Below are positions 48,286-61,896 of a stretch of 64,000 nucleotides of DNA, in pieces. Positions within the stretch are counted from its first letter, which is position 1, and every line of letters starts with the position of its first letter. Where the stretch lies: contig NC_073377.1 in assembly GCF_028641065.1 (NCBI RefSeq), forward strand, positions 160,642,001 to 160,706,000, written 5' to 3'. The notes below the pieces were generated by a model. That model searched no databases. It saw only the letters and a list, made by a program, of their open reading frames with translations, and was not told where the DNA came from. The translations under genes and the position numbers were made by a program. Source of the DNA: Leucoraja erinacea. Taxonomy: Eukaryota.

Positions 48286-49189
48286 GCATGTTGCTTGGCT
48301 TGTGAATTTTTCATGACACCACATAGATAGCGGTTAGCAAATTTCTAAGTCTCTATGTGCACATACACATGACATACAAACGTTTCAAAACTTAACAGAT
48401 TTAAAAATAAATGTGATTTTTTAATTTAATCTTCAATTCGCATTTTATAAAATATTTTTTGTCGCTTGCTTTGTCCTGCTGAATTGAACTGATGCCTGAT
48501 AATGTTGGGGAATGGGAAAGCCACACCACCAAGATAGTTACAATCTGTGAGGAATTTTTGTCAAGCTTTAGCAGCCACTGGTTCATTGCTGACCATAAAA
48601 TCTAAGTCATTAACTTTGACATGATATCCTGAATCAGCAAAAAAAATAAGGTTATAATAAAGATTAAATTTGAAGGGACGTGGCAATGGATGGGTAAGCA
48701 TTGAACTCATTCTCCATATGTTCATTATCACATTTAATATTATTCTGTCATGGGTCCCAATTTTATTCATTTTATTTATTAAACTTGTTGTAAGGGGAAG
48801 TTACAAAGCAGAGCGCGGTCAAGCAAGATTAAGTTCTCTTTAGATTCAGATATCTTTGGGATATTGCAATTTTTTACAGCTATTATGTCACTAAAATGTA
48901 AATATTGCAGCCAATTTGCATGAAAATTAGTTCCATTTCAATTCATTATTACTCCCTAAAGTATTAATGACTGGATATTCAGCATAAGAAGTTTCCCTAA
49001 TGGAAACCCAGCTGTTCCTGAACTTGAATGAAACATTTGAATGAGATAATTTGTAGAAGGACATACAGTCAAAGCCTCTATAGAGTTTCAGAGCATTTGA
49101 CAATGTACTGCAAGAAAGGCTGGTTATCAGTATTGAGGCCTATGGAATTAATGAGTGATCAGTAGCATGATGCACGTACTGTTGGAGCA

Positions 49190-49533
49190 ACTTGGGTGAG
49201 TAATTGCATTGCATTTTATAGAGGGTGCACACTGCAGTCACTGGTGCAAGGAATAAATATTTAGGGTGGTTAACAAAGTGCCAGTCAAGCAAGATTGCTT
49301 TGTCCTCAATGGTATAGTTTGAGATTTATTAGCCTTGCATTCATCCAGGCAAGTGGAAAATATTACATTGTGCTCCAAGCTTGTGCATTGTAGATGGCGG
49401 AAAGGCTTTGGGGCGGTGGGAAGAAAGTCAGTTACCACAAAACTCAACCCCTGACCTGCTCTTGTAGCCACAGTATTTGTGTGAATAGCCCTGTTAGGTT
49501 TCTGGTCAATGGTGTTTCTCCCAGGATATTGAT
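49190..49533 (-). mobile_element. Old CR1/L2-group LINE fragment (related pieces at about 1400-1800 and 52700-53040)
   Basis: Remnant HTNTVATRAGQGL..; decayed. Confidence 0.5.
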
Positions 49534-49534
49534 G

Positions 49535-49943
49535 GCCGTCAGCATCCATAAAGACTCCTCACACCCTTGTAATGGACTGTTCGAACTACTTCCCTCTGGC
49601 AGGCGTTACAAGGCCTTCTATGCCTGAACCTCCAGACTCAGGAACAGCTTCATTCCCAGAGCTATAGCGGCTCTGAAGCGGCCCTGCTGAGTGCGTAAAT
49701 GACCCCACCCCCCTGGACTGTCTCCCTCGGATGGTCACATCGCACAGACACATCTGCACTTTAGTCTGTTGAACTGTTTTGACTATTTCACTGTTCTATA
49801 ACATTCCATGTTGTCGGGATATCTAAATCTAAATGTTATTAGTTATTTATGTTATGACATTGGATGGAAGCTGCATGCCAAATCTCGTTGCTCTTATGTG
49901 CAACGACAATAAAATATATTAGATATTATTATTATTATTATTA
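49535..49943 (+). mobile_element. Rex1 3' end with (TTA)n tail
   Basis: KDSSHPCNGLFELLPSGRRY; acgacaataaa plus (att)n. Confidence 0.85.
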
Positions 49944-50714
49944 CAATTTGCATTTTCATGAATGATTCTCTACCATTATGTGGGCAGGGGCAGCACCGAG
50001 AAGGAGAAATTAGTTCCTTAGAGCAATTAGAAAATTGGACAACAAATCTCCTTTGAACAATCTCCTTTGTGGTTGTTCATCAGGTGGCATTGGCAGAAGC
50101 CTTTGAATGGTTCCCCTCTGATGTTGTCGGGCTGTTGAGGACCAATGGAATATACTAAAAAATAATGTTGTACATGATCGAAACTGCAAATCAAACAGTG
50201 ATCATATTGTTTTTAATGCAAAGTAAATATTTCACATTCCACAAGAATTTGTATATATAATTCATTTGCAGGTCTCCATTTTCTTTGTCCTCCTTTGGTA
50301 GAGAACCATGGTGTTAGTTGTCCCAAATGAATTCAATTCTATTGTCTCAGCGTGGGAACATTTTCCATAAATAGTGTAACTTTGGAACAACAGCACGTTT
50401 TAACTATCTGATCACTCCGTGGGTATTTACATTTGGAGAATATTTAATGTGTCATTGAATTCCTCAACAAATGTAATTTAAACCATTACAACAGTTTGGT
50501 TATTTGGTTATTCTGTATATTATACCAACCCTGCTTCAGGTTCAACAGTCCTTCATAAGATAACTATGTGATTTTTATATCTCATCTGATTCAGGATAAA
50601 TATAATTTTCCTAAGCACTATTTGCGCATATGTATCATTTTATATTTAAATACAAATGGTGCGTCAGTGACCAAAAGGATTTAGTTTAGAGATGTGGAAC
50701 TAAGCATGCTGACG

Positions 50715-51220
50715 CTGCAGTCCCTCAATAGCAAGGATGTCCTTCCTCAAATTAGGAGGCCAAAACCGCACACAATACTCCAGGTGTGGTCTCACCAGGG
50801 CCCGGTACAACGGCAGTAGATTAATATAGATGACAAACAGTAACGAGCTCAGCACTAAACCCTGAAGCACACCATTGGTCACAGGCCTCCAGCCCAAGAG
50901 GCAACCTTCCACCGTCACCCTCTGTTTCCTCCATGAAGCCAGTTTTCTGTCTATTCAATCTAATCTGCCAGAGCAGCCTACCATGTGGAATTATGTCGAA
51001 TGCTTTGCTGAAGTCCAAATATACAACATCTACAGCTCTGCTCTCATCAACCTTTTTGACCATGTCGTCAAAAAACTCAATCAGATTTGTGAGACATGAC
51101 CTCCCACATACAAAACCATGCTGACTATCCCTAATCAGCCCTTGTCCATCTAAATGCATGTTTATCCTATCCCTCAGAATACTCTCTAGTAACTTTTCAA
51201 CCACCATTATTAAGCTCAAT
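50715..51220 (-). mobile_element. CR1 RT fragment with an internal deletion
   Basis: DSQHGFVCGRSCLTNLIEFF..VYLDFSKAFD; YIN is fused directly to [16 protein letters not shown]. Confidence 0.88.
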
Positions 51221-51234
51221 TTAAGTAAAGTGAA

Positions 51235-51808
51235 TGTTATATCTCCAAAGTCTTTGTCGCTGGATATCTATACAATGTGCTTGAACCCTGAAACATAGGA
51301 AAACAAGAGCAATTCTTCGGAATATGGTCACCTTTCATTGATTTGTTACAGGTGTAATATGGTGCCACACAACCCAGGAAAATACTTCTTTTAGAATTAG
51401 GTGATGGGTGTGAATCGTCAGGAATTAGACACATTCCCTTTCCTTCTTGCTTAGCCTTACCTTTTTTTAGATTCCTTACTTAGATGCTTTTTCTTTTCTT
51501 AAGACCCCACTTTTCTGTGGGGCCTTTTTTTTCCTCTTCTTTTTTCTTCTTTTCTTTTCACATTTTCAAGCACGCGGTCTACTTAACCATTATCATTCAC
51601 TTAACGCCAACTACTGCGGACTACACTCCACTACTATCCTCACTCTTTTCTTCTTGCTCTCTTTTCCTTTCTCTTTTTCTATTATAGGTTAAAGTTAAAA
51701 AAAAAAAAAAGAAGTTGTACAAGAAATGTAATATGTTGCATATTATGATTGAGATGCATGTACATTGCTTCTAATAAAATAAAACAAATAACATTTAAAA
51801 AAAAGAAA
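51235..51808 (+). mobile_element. L1/Tx1-clade LINE 3' end with polyA
   Basis: KQEQFFGIWSPFIDLLQV*, T-rich UTR, AATAAA at 51773 and an A-tail. Confidence 0.65.
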
Positions 51809-52515
51809 GCATGTGAACTAATGGTACACAATTCCCAATATTTTCTCTCCAATGCGTGGCATAATATAACTCTGAATATGATTAATGCTGGACTTCAGTG
51901 TGTTCCTCAGTGTGTGAGCCCCACCTGTAATGCCATTAGATCTTCTATGAATGGTTGTGGTACTTGGCAACTGTAACTGACTTTCACTATAATCATTCTT
52001 CACCCTCTCACTTCCCACAGAGCAAGATCAAAATCGTTCTCCCTGTTTTAAGAGAATGAAAGCATGTCTTTCATGCCAATGAAGAAAAGTGTGTAGAAAA
52101 GTTGCCCCTCAGCATGAAAATCTTTACATAAATCCCAAAAAGTGATGATATAACACCAACCCAAACAACATCCATCAGACGGATGAAGGAATGGAGATTA
52201 AAAAGATGATCTATTGACATGCAAGCTGCAAATCAATTTTGAGAACCAGAATGTTAGACTCAAATTACACTTCCTCTCATGCTAGTATAATTTTATTGCA
52301 GGTAGAAATAGATAATTAATCAGAAGCACATTTAAATGAGATTGAAGGCTTGATATAAAATATGTCCAACTTTTCCTCATGGGGCATAATTTCTATCAAA
52401 AAACGATGTTCATCTTAAAAATATTTCTGTTTAGTTATTAAGTTTACAAATAAATTAATATTTGCTAGATTAGATTGCACTGGGTGCCATGCTGTACTAC
52501 AAATCACCAGTAAGT

Positions 52516-52602
52516 AAATGCTGGAGTAACTCAGCGGGACAGGCAGCATCTCTGGAGAGAAGGAATGGGTGACGTTTCGGGTCAAGACCCTTCTTCAAAC
52601 TG
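52516..52602 (-). mobile_element. Penelope 3' end with hammerhead-like motif
   Basis: Minus strand tTGAAGA-agggtc-tt-gaccc-GAAAcgtc, with a C-to-T change at the first core base. Confidence 0.75.
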
Positions 52603-53045
52603 TTTTATTGGTGGTGTGAGCAACCAGTACCTACTCATCAAAAACAGCTCACTGATGCCTTTTGTGTTTTGCCAGGACCATTCAGCTCTAGATCTTACCC
52701 GAGCGTGGAGCAACAAACTGAATTTTAGATATGAAATGAGAATGCTGGAACTTGACAAGTAAATGGCATTTGACGGTGTGTGGCATTAAGGTAGAAATCG
52801 CCAAACATCAAAAGACAAACATTCCAGTGGCTTGTGATAACTCTTAGAAAGGAAGATGGGTGTTGTTGTCTAACATTAATCATCCTAGCTCAGGAGTTCC
52901 TCAGGGCTGTGTCAACCATCTTCAGCTACTTCATCAATCATCTTCCTTGCATCCTAAAATGAGAATTGGGGGGTGAATCACTGATGATTGCACCCACGAC
53001 CCTTCAGTACATGAAGCAAGCTACAGGATGCAGTTACCATCTAAG

Positions 53046-53940
53046 TAATAATAATAATAATAATAATAAATTTTATTTATGGGCGCCTTTCAAGAGTCTC
53101 AATGACACCTTACAAAAATTTAGCAAGTAGAGGAAAAACATGTAAGGGGAATGAAATAAATAGTAGAGACATGACTAGTACACAAAGTAAAGACAGAATT
53201 CAATTCAAAATATGAGGCAATTCAAGCACAGAGGAAAAGGGAGGGGGACGTGGGGCTAAGGATAGGCAGAGGTGAAGAGATGGGTCTTGAGGCGGGACTG
53301 GAAGATGGTGAGGGACACGGAATTGCGGATCAGTTGGGGGAGGGAGTTCCAGAGCCTGGGAGCTGTCCTGGAGAAGGCTCTGTCCCCAAAACTGCGGAGG
53401 TTGGACTTGTGGATGGAGAGGAGACCGGCTGATGTGGATCTGAGGGACCGTGAGGGTTGGTAGGGGAGAGGAGGTCAGTGAGATATGGGGGGGGCCAGAT
53501 GGTGGAGGGCTTTGTAAGTGAGGATCAGGATTTTGTAGGTGATCCGGTGGGAGATGGGAAGCCAGTGAAGTTGTTTGAGGACCGGAGTGATGTGATGGCA
53601 GGATTTGGTGTGGGTGATGAGTCGGGCGGCTGCGTTCTGGACCAGTTGGAGTCGGTTGATGTAGGTGGAGCTGATGCCAAGGAGAAGTGAGTTGCAATAG
53701 TCCAGTCGGGAGGAGATGAAGACATGGATGAGTCTTTCAGCAGCGGGAGGTGTGAGAGAGGGTCTGAGTTTGGCGATGTTGCGGAGATGAAAGAAGGAGG
53801 TTTTAATGACATGGCGGATGTGAGGCTCAAGGGAGAGGGTGGAATCAAAGATCACTCCAAGGTTGCGGGCCTGGGGAGATGGGGAGACAGTGGTGCCGTC
53901 GATGGTGAGAGTGGGGTTATTGATTTTAGGGTTAATAAGT
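53046..53940 (-). mobile_element. L2 LINE, 5'-truncated, with (TAT)n/(TAA)n tail
   Basis: ARNLGVIFDSTLS..FFHLRNIAKLRP..SRLDYCNSLL..LVQNAAARL..LHWLPI; (taa)n at 53046-53070. Confidence 0.92.
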
Positions 53941-54121
53941 GACAAATAACATTCATACCACAAACATTCAGTCGGAGAGACAACCCAGAAGAAGAATGTC
54001 ATGTTCATCAAGTGAATTCTGTCATCAAAAACATCCAAAATACCGACCATTCCTGGTATTGTTTTATAATGATACCGAGAATGGTAAGAAACTTAGTGAA
54101 ATAAACAAAAATAGATGCATT

Positions 54122-54545
54122 AAACAAGGAACTGCAGATGCTGGTTTACAAGAAAAGACACAGAGTGCTGGAGTAATTCAGCGGGTCAGTGGGGTTGTGG
54201 AGGGGGGGGGGTGGGGGTGGGGGGGATTGATAGGCAGATAGATGGGTGAAGCAGAAATGAAAGAGACCAAAGGGGAGGAAAGGATTGTAGAGTTTCAAAT
54301 GGTGAAGCTAGAGTAAGGAGGTTAGGGGAGGGGAGGGGGGGGAAGAAATAGGTGCAAGTTCAGTTGAGGCCCAGGGTAAGGGTGGGGGGGGGGGGAGAAG
54401 TGGGGTGGGGGGGGGGGGGGGGGGAGAAGTGGGGGGGGGGGGGGGGGGAAGAAGTAGGGTGGGGGGGGTAGTTAATTACTTACAATTGGAGAATTCAATG
54501 TTCATACCATTAGGTTGTCAGCTATCCCCTTGCAGAAAATGAGGC
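54122..54545 (-). mobile_element. Penelope 3' remnant with poly-C/G tracts
   Basis: GMNIEFSN on the minus strand near 54490; gctggagtaattcagcgggtcag at 54170. Confidence 0.65.
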
Positions 54546-54554
54546 AAGTGAGCA

Positions 54555-56372
54555 CATCTGTGGTCGGAAGGTTACTAGAAAGTATTCTGAGGAATAAGAT
54601 ATACGTGCATTTAAGGGGTGATTCAGGACAGCATAGTTATGTAAGTGGGAGATTGTGTCTCATGATTTTGAATGATTTGAAAAAGTACCAGAAACGGCTG
54701 ATGAGGGCAGAGCTGTAGATGTTATCTGTATGGATTCCAGCAAGGCATTGGACAAGGTTCAGCATGGGAGGCTGCCCTGGAAGGTTAGATCGCATGGGAT
54801 CCAGGGAGAGCTAGCAGACTGGATATAAATTGGCTTCATGGAAGGAAGCAGAGGGTAATGCTGGAAGGTTGTTTAACTGAATTAATTAGTCCAGCGCTGA
54901 GCAGTGAAAAAAAAATATCATGCTTAATGGTTTGGGTGAGAACAAACATGGCAAGATTAGCAAGTTTGCAGATGATTAAAAAGTGGGTGGTTTTGCAGAT
55001 AGTGAAGATGGTTATGAACAATTGCAGCAGGATCTTGATCGATTGGCAGGTGAGCTGAAGAATAGGTGGTCAAAAAGGCTTTTGTCACATTGGTCTTCAT
55101 CAGTCAGCGTATTGAGTATAGAAGTTGGGAGATCATGTTCCAGTTATATAACATGTTGGTGAGGCCACATTTAGAATATTGTGTTCCGTTCTGGTCACCA
55201 TGTAATAGGAAAGATGTTGTCAAGCTGGAAAGGCTTCAGAGAAATGTTACGGGGATGTTGCCTGGACTAGAGGGTGTGAGCTATAGAGAGAGGTTGTGTA
55301 GGCTGGGACTCTATTCCTTGGAGCACAGGCGGGTGAGGGGTGATCTTATCTAGGTGTATAAAATCATGAGAGGAATAGATCGGGTAGATGCACAGAGTCT
55401 TGTCCAGAGTAGGTCAATCGAGGACCAGAGGACATAGGTTTAAGGTGAAGGGGAAAAGATTTAATAGGAATCTAAGCGTGACCTTTTCACTCAAAGGTCT
55501 TTTATCGTCACATGTACCAATTAAGGTACAGTGATATTCGTATTACCTTACAGCCATACTAAAAAAAGCAATGACACACAACTACATAAAAGTTAACATA
55601 AACATCCACCACAGCGAATTCCCCACGTTCCTCACTGTGATGGGAGGCAATAAAGTCTAATCTTCTTCCCTCATTTATCTCCCGCAGTCGGGGCAGTCGA
55701 ACCATCCGTCGGGCCGGCAGTCGACGATCCCTCGTCGAGGCGATTGAAGCTCCCGTGTCGGGGAGATCGTTGCTCCTGCAGCTTGGAGCTCCCGAAGTGG
55801 GTCTCTAACCAGAGACCGCGAGCTCCCCGATGTTAACTCCGCAGGCTCACGTGGTGTGAGCTCAGCGGCCGGTCCCTGGCAAAGGAATCGCCAGCTCCGC
55901 AATGTTAAAGTCGATCTCCAACTCCTCGATGTTAGACCGCAGTGCGGACGGAGATACGATACGGGAAAAAATCGCTTCTCCGTCGAGGTAAGAGATTTTT
56001 TTAAAGTTTTCCCCAACCCCCGCCCCCACCCCCCACATAAAACAAGCTAAAGAACACTAAAACATACATTTAACACACACTAAGAAAACAGCAAAGAAGG
56101 AAGAGACAGACAGACTGTTGGCGAGGCAGCCATTGCTGGTGCCACCCGGTGGTCTATGGGTGGTGGATGTATGGGACGAGCTGCCAGAGGAGGTAGTTGA
56201 GGCAGGGACTATCCAATGTTTAAGAAACAGTTAGACAGGTACATATGGATAGGGCAGATTTGGAGGGGGAGATGTTGGCCAAACGTCAGCAGATGGGACT
56301 AGTGTAGCTGGGGCAGGTTGGCTGATGTGAGCTGAAGGGTCTGTTTCCATGCTGTGTGATGCTATGACTATG
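54555..56372 (+). mobile_element. CR1 RT and 3' end interrupted by a retroposon at 55497-56152
   Basis: [30 protein letters not shown]; CR1 resumes at about 56157. Confidence 0.85.
55497..56152 (-). mobile_element. GC-rich non-autonomous retroposon (complete)
   Basis: Same 5' end, hairpin core and tail as 31803-32486. Confidence 0.8.
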
Positions 56373-56667
56373 ACATTATGAGCAATCCAATCATCTACAG
56401 CAGAGCTGAGTTATTAAACAACATGCATAGAGCCTGATTCTTTATTTTAAACTTAAGCCAGCTCAGGTATTTATCTTATCTCTGTACGTTACCTGCATCT
56501 ATTTGACTGCACCATTCTTATACATATACTTGGATAACCATGTGAGCACTTTTGTCCTGCTGCAAATTTCCACTTGACAAGTGACCAAGAATGTGAAGTT
56601 GCTATTCACATATTGCTACATGGCATATTTCCCTTTTATTTCTCATGCTCCCTTTTCACTCTCTCAG

Positions 56668-56766
56668 TTGGAATACAGAGGCTTTTGAAGAATAAATCCT
56701 TCAAAATGAAAGAAGCAGCAACTACTTGTCTTAGATGACAACTTGTCATGCTTCTCAGAGGATTCG
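56668..56766 (+). other. Candidate non-coding exon (99 nt)
   Basis: Strong acceptor cccttttcactctctcag| and donor TCG|GTAATG; stops in all three frames. Confidence 0.35.
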
Positions 56767-57131
56767 GTAATGTGTAAATAGTGAATAGCTGGCTTCTATT
56801 ATGCTGTCATCTGTGCAAGTTGAAACATTAAGCAAGCAGTAATTAACTTAAGTAAAAGGAAAATCAGATGGGTTTCAAAATTCACTGGGAGCAAAATATT
56901 TAAGACGTCAAATTCCTTAACTATTTTCCCCTAAGTGATCCAAAGAAAGCTTAGCAACGAATAAGATAATTTAATCCTCCTTATCAATGCCTCCCTTGGA
57001 AAATGACATTTTCCAACGTCTCTCTTTCTTTCATAATCTTAATGAAGTTAGAGGACTTCAATGGGAATTCATTTCGGCTTTTTCGGCTTTTTCCTGAACT
57101 TAAACTTTGTTCCTTTTAACAAAACCATCAA

Positions 57132-57228
57132 AGATAGACACAAAATGCTGGAGTAACCCAGCGGGTCAGGCAGCAACTCTGGAGAGAAGGAATGGGTGAC
57201 GTTTCCGGTCGAGACCTGTCTTCACACT
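57132..57228 (-). mobile_element. Penelope 3' end with a mutated hammerhead core
   Basis: Minus strand gTGAAGAcaggtctcgaccgGAAAcgtc. Confidence 0.7.
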
Positions 57229-57659
57229 CTCACTTATTTTACTGCTTCTGCCAGGATTCCTCTGTCACGCTTTCACTTGCCCTCTCCAATCATGAGGAAA
57301 TACGCTATCCACCCTAAGGACATCACACGATCCAACTCCCAAAGAAAATGTTTACCATTTTGAAATGATTTTGTTATTTTACACTTTTCTCATCAATCTA
57401 TGCAGTTCGTGAGAATAGAGGTGGTTTTCTGGCAACTGAGATGCCTTAACCCTGGTAACAACTAGCTAAAACAACACTACTTACTAATAGTAAGCAACAA
57501 GTAATGACATTGCTTGATGCAGAAGGATGAGTCACTAGAGGGGGTCTATCAGCTCCACTACAGCTCCATTAAAGTCTCTGCAAACGAGCTTGCCCTGAGC
57601 ATGATGAACTTTCTTCAACCTGAAATGTTAACATTATTTTCTCTTTCCACATCCAACGC

Positions 57660-57981
57660 CATTGAGAGCAGGGAAGATTCAAACAAGAGGACATGACTTG
57701 AGAATGCAGGGACAGAAGTTTAGGGGTAACATGAGGGGGAACTTCTTTACTCAGAGAGTGGTAGCTGTGTGGAATGAGCTTCCAGTGGAAGTGGTAGAGG
57801 CCGGTTCGATTTTATCATTTAAAAATAAATTGGATAGGTATATGGACAGGAAAGGAATGGAGGGTTGTGATCTGAGCGCAGGTAGATGGGACTAGGGGAA
57901 AATAAGTGTTCGGCATGGACTTGTAGGGCCGAGATGGCCTGTTTCCGTGCTGTAATTGTTATATGGTTATATGGTTATATG
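57660..57981 (+). mobile_element. CR1 3' end with (gttatatg)n tail
   Basis: TRGHDLR..FFTQRVVAVWNELP. Confidence 0.88.
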
Positions 57982-58105
57982 ATTGACCAGCTGAATATTA
58001 CCAAGACATTTCTGTTTTTGTTTGGTTCTATTGGGAAAGTTGGACAAGGCTAGACTTGTATCTGCCGGAGTTTAGAAGAGTGAGTGGGGACTACATTGAA
58101 ATATT

Positions 58106-58960
58106 GGTAGGCGGCGCGACTCTCGTCAGCAGCGGCCTCTGCAGCCCGTCTGCGTTTTTATTATTTGTTGTCTATGTTTTTAAGTAGTTTTTGTTATTTT
58201 TTGTTGGGGGTGTGTGTGTGTGGGGGTGTGGTGGGGTGGGAGGGAGGGGGTAACTTTTAATCTCTCCCTGCACGGGAGACCCGACCTTTTCTTTGTCGGG
58301 TCTCCGTTGTCGTTGGGGCTGCAATGAGGAGCGGCCTCCAACAGGAGAAGACCGGGGGCTCTGGTGCCGACGACTCACCTCACCGTCGCGGAGCTGGCCG
58401 AGTCCGGAGCGGGTGGAGCGGTGGTGGAGCGCTGCTGCGGCCCGACCTCCGGAGATTCGGAGGCTGCTACTGCGGGTCTGGCGGACGGCGGCACCGGGAG
58501 CCCGCGGGTCCCTGGAGGGAGACCGCTTTTCAGAGCTCCCGCAATGGCGACTTCTCCCGCCCGAGTTGCGGGGTCGAAGAGCTCCTGGAGCGGGGCCTTA
58601 CAGCACCGCCCCGCGCGGCTTGGAATGGCCGCGGGACTCTGCGAGCGCACGCCGGGGGCTCTAACATCAAGAACCCGGTGTGCGACCTTGCACCACCCGG
58701 CGTGGCTTTAATGGCCGCGGGACAATCGCCATCGCTAGCCGGGGGCTTTGACTTTGACTCTGACATCGGGGGGGGGAGAGTGCAGTGGAGAGATAAGTTT
58801 TTTTGGCCTTCCATCACAGCGATGTGATGGATGTTTATGTAAATTATGTTGTGTCTTGGGTCTATTTGTCTGTAATGTATGGCTGCAGAAACGTCATTTC
58901 GTTTGGACCTCAAGGGGTCCAAATGACAAATAAATTGAATCTTGAATCTTGAATCTTGAA
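58106..58960 (+). mobile_element. GC-rich non-autonomous retroposon (long variant) with (TTGAATC)n tail, inserted in CR1
   Basis: Core gccttccatcacagcg..gtgatggatgtttatg, tgacaaataaa and tail; aatat on both flanks is a probable TSD. Confidence 0.8.
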
Positions 58961-60159
58961 TATGTAAGATCCTGAGGAGTCTTGGCAGTGAAGCTCAAAA
59001 ACATATCATAAAGGGTCATGGATCTTTTGGAACTTCCTTCCTGACAGAGAGACAGGGATGTGGAGTTGAGGTTGCATTGAGATCAACCATAACATTATTA
59101 ACTTGAGGAGAAGGTTTGAGGACCACAGGGGCCCACAGCTGCTCTTCTCTGTTTGCATGTTGGTAAACAACGTTAATCCCATGCAACATGATTTTCCAAG
59201 CACTTCCATCAAAACGCAGTCACAATATTCTGTTATTCTAACGTGTTATTTGAGAATGCACAATTTGGAGGGACATTCCGACTTGCAACTCATGCAGTCA
59301 GTCTGGACGCTCACAGTTCAGTGTCGCATCTGCTTAAAGATTCTGCTGCCTTCAGTTATTATTTTAACACTTGAAAACAACTTACAATGGTTTGTGATTT
59401 ACCTTGCAAGTAGATTGAAGATATAGTACTGAAAAACATAATGCTAGTCTCGGTAACAGTAATTGTTGAATTGTACAGATCAAACTGGACCAATCTCAAT
59501 TGACCTGCAGGTTAAATCTGTTTTTGGCCATTGCAGATTTCTCAAATAGATTTTCCCTCCATCCATTTAATACATTTTGTCAGTTGCCTTAATGCCTTTT
59601 CTAGTTGATTATTTTTTTTTGTTTCCTTGTTGCTGTTAGACCTTTGACACATATATCTGTAGTATTTATTATTGAATATAAATCAGGAGCATTAATATCT
59701 CAGCGTCTTCCAGTTTTAACTGCAGTTCAGCATCTCACCTTTTCTTCTCCATATATTTGTACACATAGCAGATAGAAAGTTACCAAATAGAGATGAAACA
59801 TGAAGCTACAGAAATGTGGCACAGCATTTTGAACACCATCCGTTCACAAGTATTCCAAGACAGGAGATTTGGAGCCAAAACATAGCATCCTGACACAATG
59901 ATTAATTGGAGCTTTCAGCTGTCTTGTTATCCTCATTTGAATATTCTGACGTGACGATAATTCGACTTTTTGACAGGAGCGCAAAACCTCATCTCCTTAG
60001 GAAATGCAAAGTTTGAAGTAACCAGAATAACAATCGACTGAAACTGATTTTGAGATGCAAATTGTTGGCCATGATACCAAATCTATAACATCTTGTGAAG
60101 ATTGTATGGTATTTATTTTATTTAACTGACATCCCTCTGCGGTGTGAATGCATTATCCT

Positions 60160-61896
60160 ATTTTCGTTATCCTACAAAAACCATGCTTGTCTCAAATTTC
60201 ATGGGGTGTGGGGGGAAAGGGGTGTGGGGGCGGGGGGTCTGTGAGCTCGGAGAAAAGACGGGGGGGGAAGATCCATGTGGCAGAGGGGGGGCATCATGGG
60301 GGAGGGGAGGGAAGGAGTCAGCAAGGGGGACCAGAGGGGTAGTGACTGGAATTGGCGGTGCGATGTGGGACTCACAGCGAGCGCTGGTCGTCCTCCTCCG
60401 CAGGGATCAGTCTCCGCTTTCCGTTTGGTGACATCTCTGACTCTGGGTTAGGCTGGGCTGGGTCGGGTCTCCGACGCTGAGTGGCTGCTGCTTGGGGCTA
60501 GGCTGCTGCTGCTTGGGGCTAGGCTGCTGCTGCTTGGGGCTAGGCTGCTGCTGCTGCTGCTTAGCTGCTGCTGCTGCTTGGGGCTAGGCTGCTGCTGCTT
60601 GATGCTGGGCTGCTGCAGCTGGGGGCTGCTGCTGCTGCTGCTGCTGCTGCTGGGCTGCTGCAGCTTGGGGCTAGGCTGCTGCTGCTTGGGGCTAGGCTGC
60701 TGCTGCTGGGGGGGCTAGGCTGCTGCTGCTGCTGGGCTGGGCTGCTGCTGCTTGGGGCTAGGCTGCTGCTGCTTGGGGCTAGGCTGCTGCTGCTTGATGC
60801 TGGGCTGCTGCTGCTTGGGGCTAGGCTGCTGCTGCTTGGGGCTAGGCTGCTGCTACTTGATGCTGGGCTGCTGGCTGCTGCTACTTGGGGCTGGGCTGCT
60901 GCTGCTTGGGGCTAGGCTGCTGCTACTTGGGGCTAGGCTGCTGCTGCTTGATGCTGGCTGCTGCTGCTGCTGCTTGGGGCTAGGCTGCTGCTGCTTGGGG
61001 CTAGGCTGCTGCTGCTGATGCTGGGCTGGCTTGGGGCTAGGCTGCTGCTGCTTGATGCTGGGCTGCTGCTGCTGCTTGGGGCTAGGCTGCTGCTGCTTGG
61101 GGCTAGGCTGCTGCTGCTGCTGCTGGGGCTAGGCTGCTGCTGCTTGATGCTGGGCTGCTGCTGCTGCTTGGGGCTAGGCTGCTGCTGCTGGGCTAAGCTG
61201 CTGCTTGGGGCTAGGCTGCTGCTGCTTGGGGCTAAGCTGCTGCTGCTTGGGGCTAGGCTGCTGCTGCTTGGGGCTAGGCTGCTGCTGCTTGGGGCTAGGC
61301 TGCTGCTGCTTGGGGCTAGGCTGCTGCTGCTTGATGCTGGGCTGCTGCTGCTTGGGGGGGGGCTAGGCTTGGGGCTGGGCTGCTGCTGCTTGGGGCTAGG
61401 CTGCTGCTGCTTGGGGCTAGGCTGCTGCTGCTTGATGGGGGCTGCTGCTGATTGATGCTGGGCTGCTGCTGCTTGGGGCGGGGCTGATTGGGCTGGGCTG
61501 CTTGGGGGGGGTGGGGCTGGGCTGGGCTGGGCTGCTTCGGGTCCCTCCGAAAGTCCAGTTGGAAACCTCCGCCAGCTTTCCTCAGCTCCAGTAAAGACTC
61601 GATGGCGCAGGTAGGGGCAGATCATCCCTAGGAGTGACAGAGGAACAAACTAATCCATACGGCGCTGTCTGGCAGGAGAAGAAATTGATCTGCATTCTTG
61701 TGGTTTTTAAGATTTTTAAACCCCGCTAACTTTTACGACATTCAACCGATCGGAACGAAACTTAATGGACTCGCAGCACAGGAGAATGGTGAGTGAACTG
61801 GCAAAAAATTGTAGCGCTATCGCAAACCGTTTTTGCGCAAATAGAAAGATCGCCAAACCGGAAGATAACAAGATCAGAGTTTTAATGATGGATAGA
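60160..61896 (-). mobile_element. Helitron E with intact 5' end, no recognisable 3' CTAG, carrying a CAG-rich satellite
   Basis: Minus strand A|TCTATCCATCATTAAAACTCTGATCTTG at 61896; 61700-61880 matches Helitron D 7920-8110. The left boundary is approximate. Confidence 0.7.
60482..61536 (+). repeat. Minisatellite with about 21-bp unit GGGGCTAGG(CTG)3CTT and variable CTG number
   Basis: About 50 copies; produces spurious polyQ/S/L/C ORFs. Confidence 0.95.

Noticed and set aside
60482-61536. Tandem arrays (also 15975-16850 and 33665-34212) considered as CRISPR arrays
   Set aside because: There are no unique spacers and no cas genes, and the context is vertebrate DNA.
60752-61625. PolyQ/polyS/Cys-rich ORFs resembling keratin-associated or polyQ proteins
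   Set aside because: They come from a CTG/CAG satellite within a Helitron; frames shift between units and there is no splice or Kozak support.
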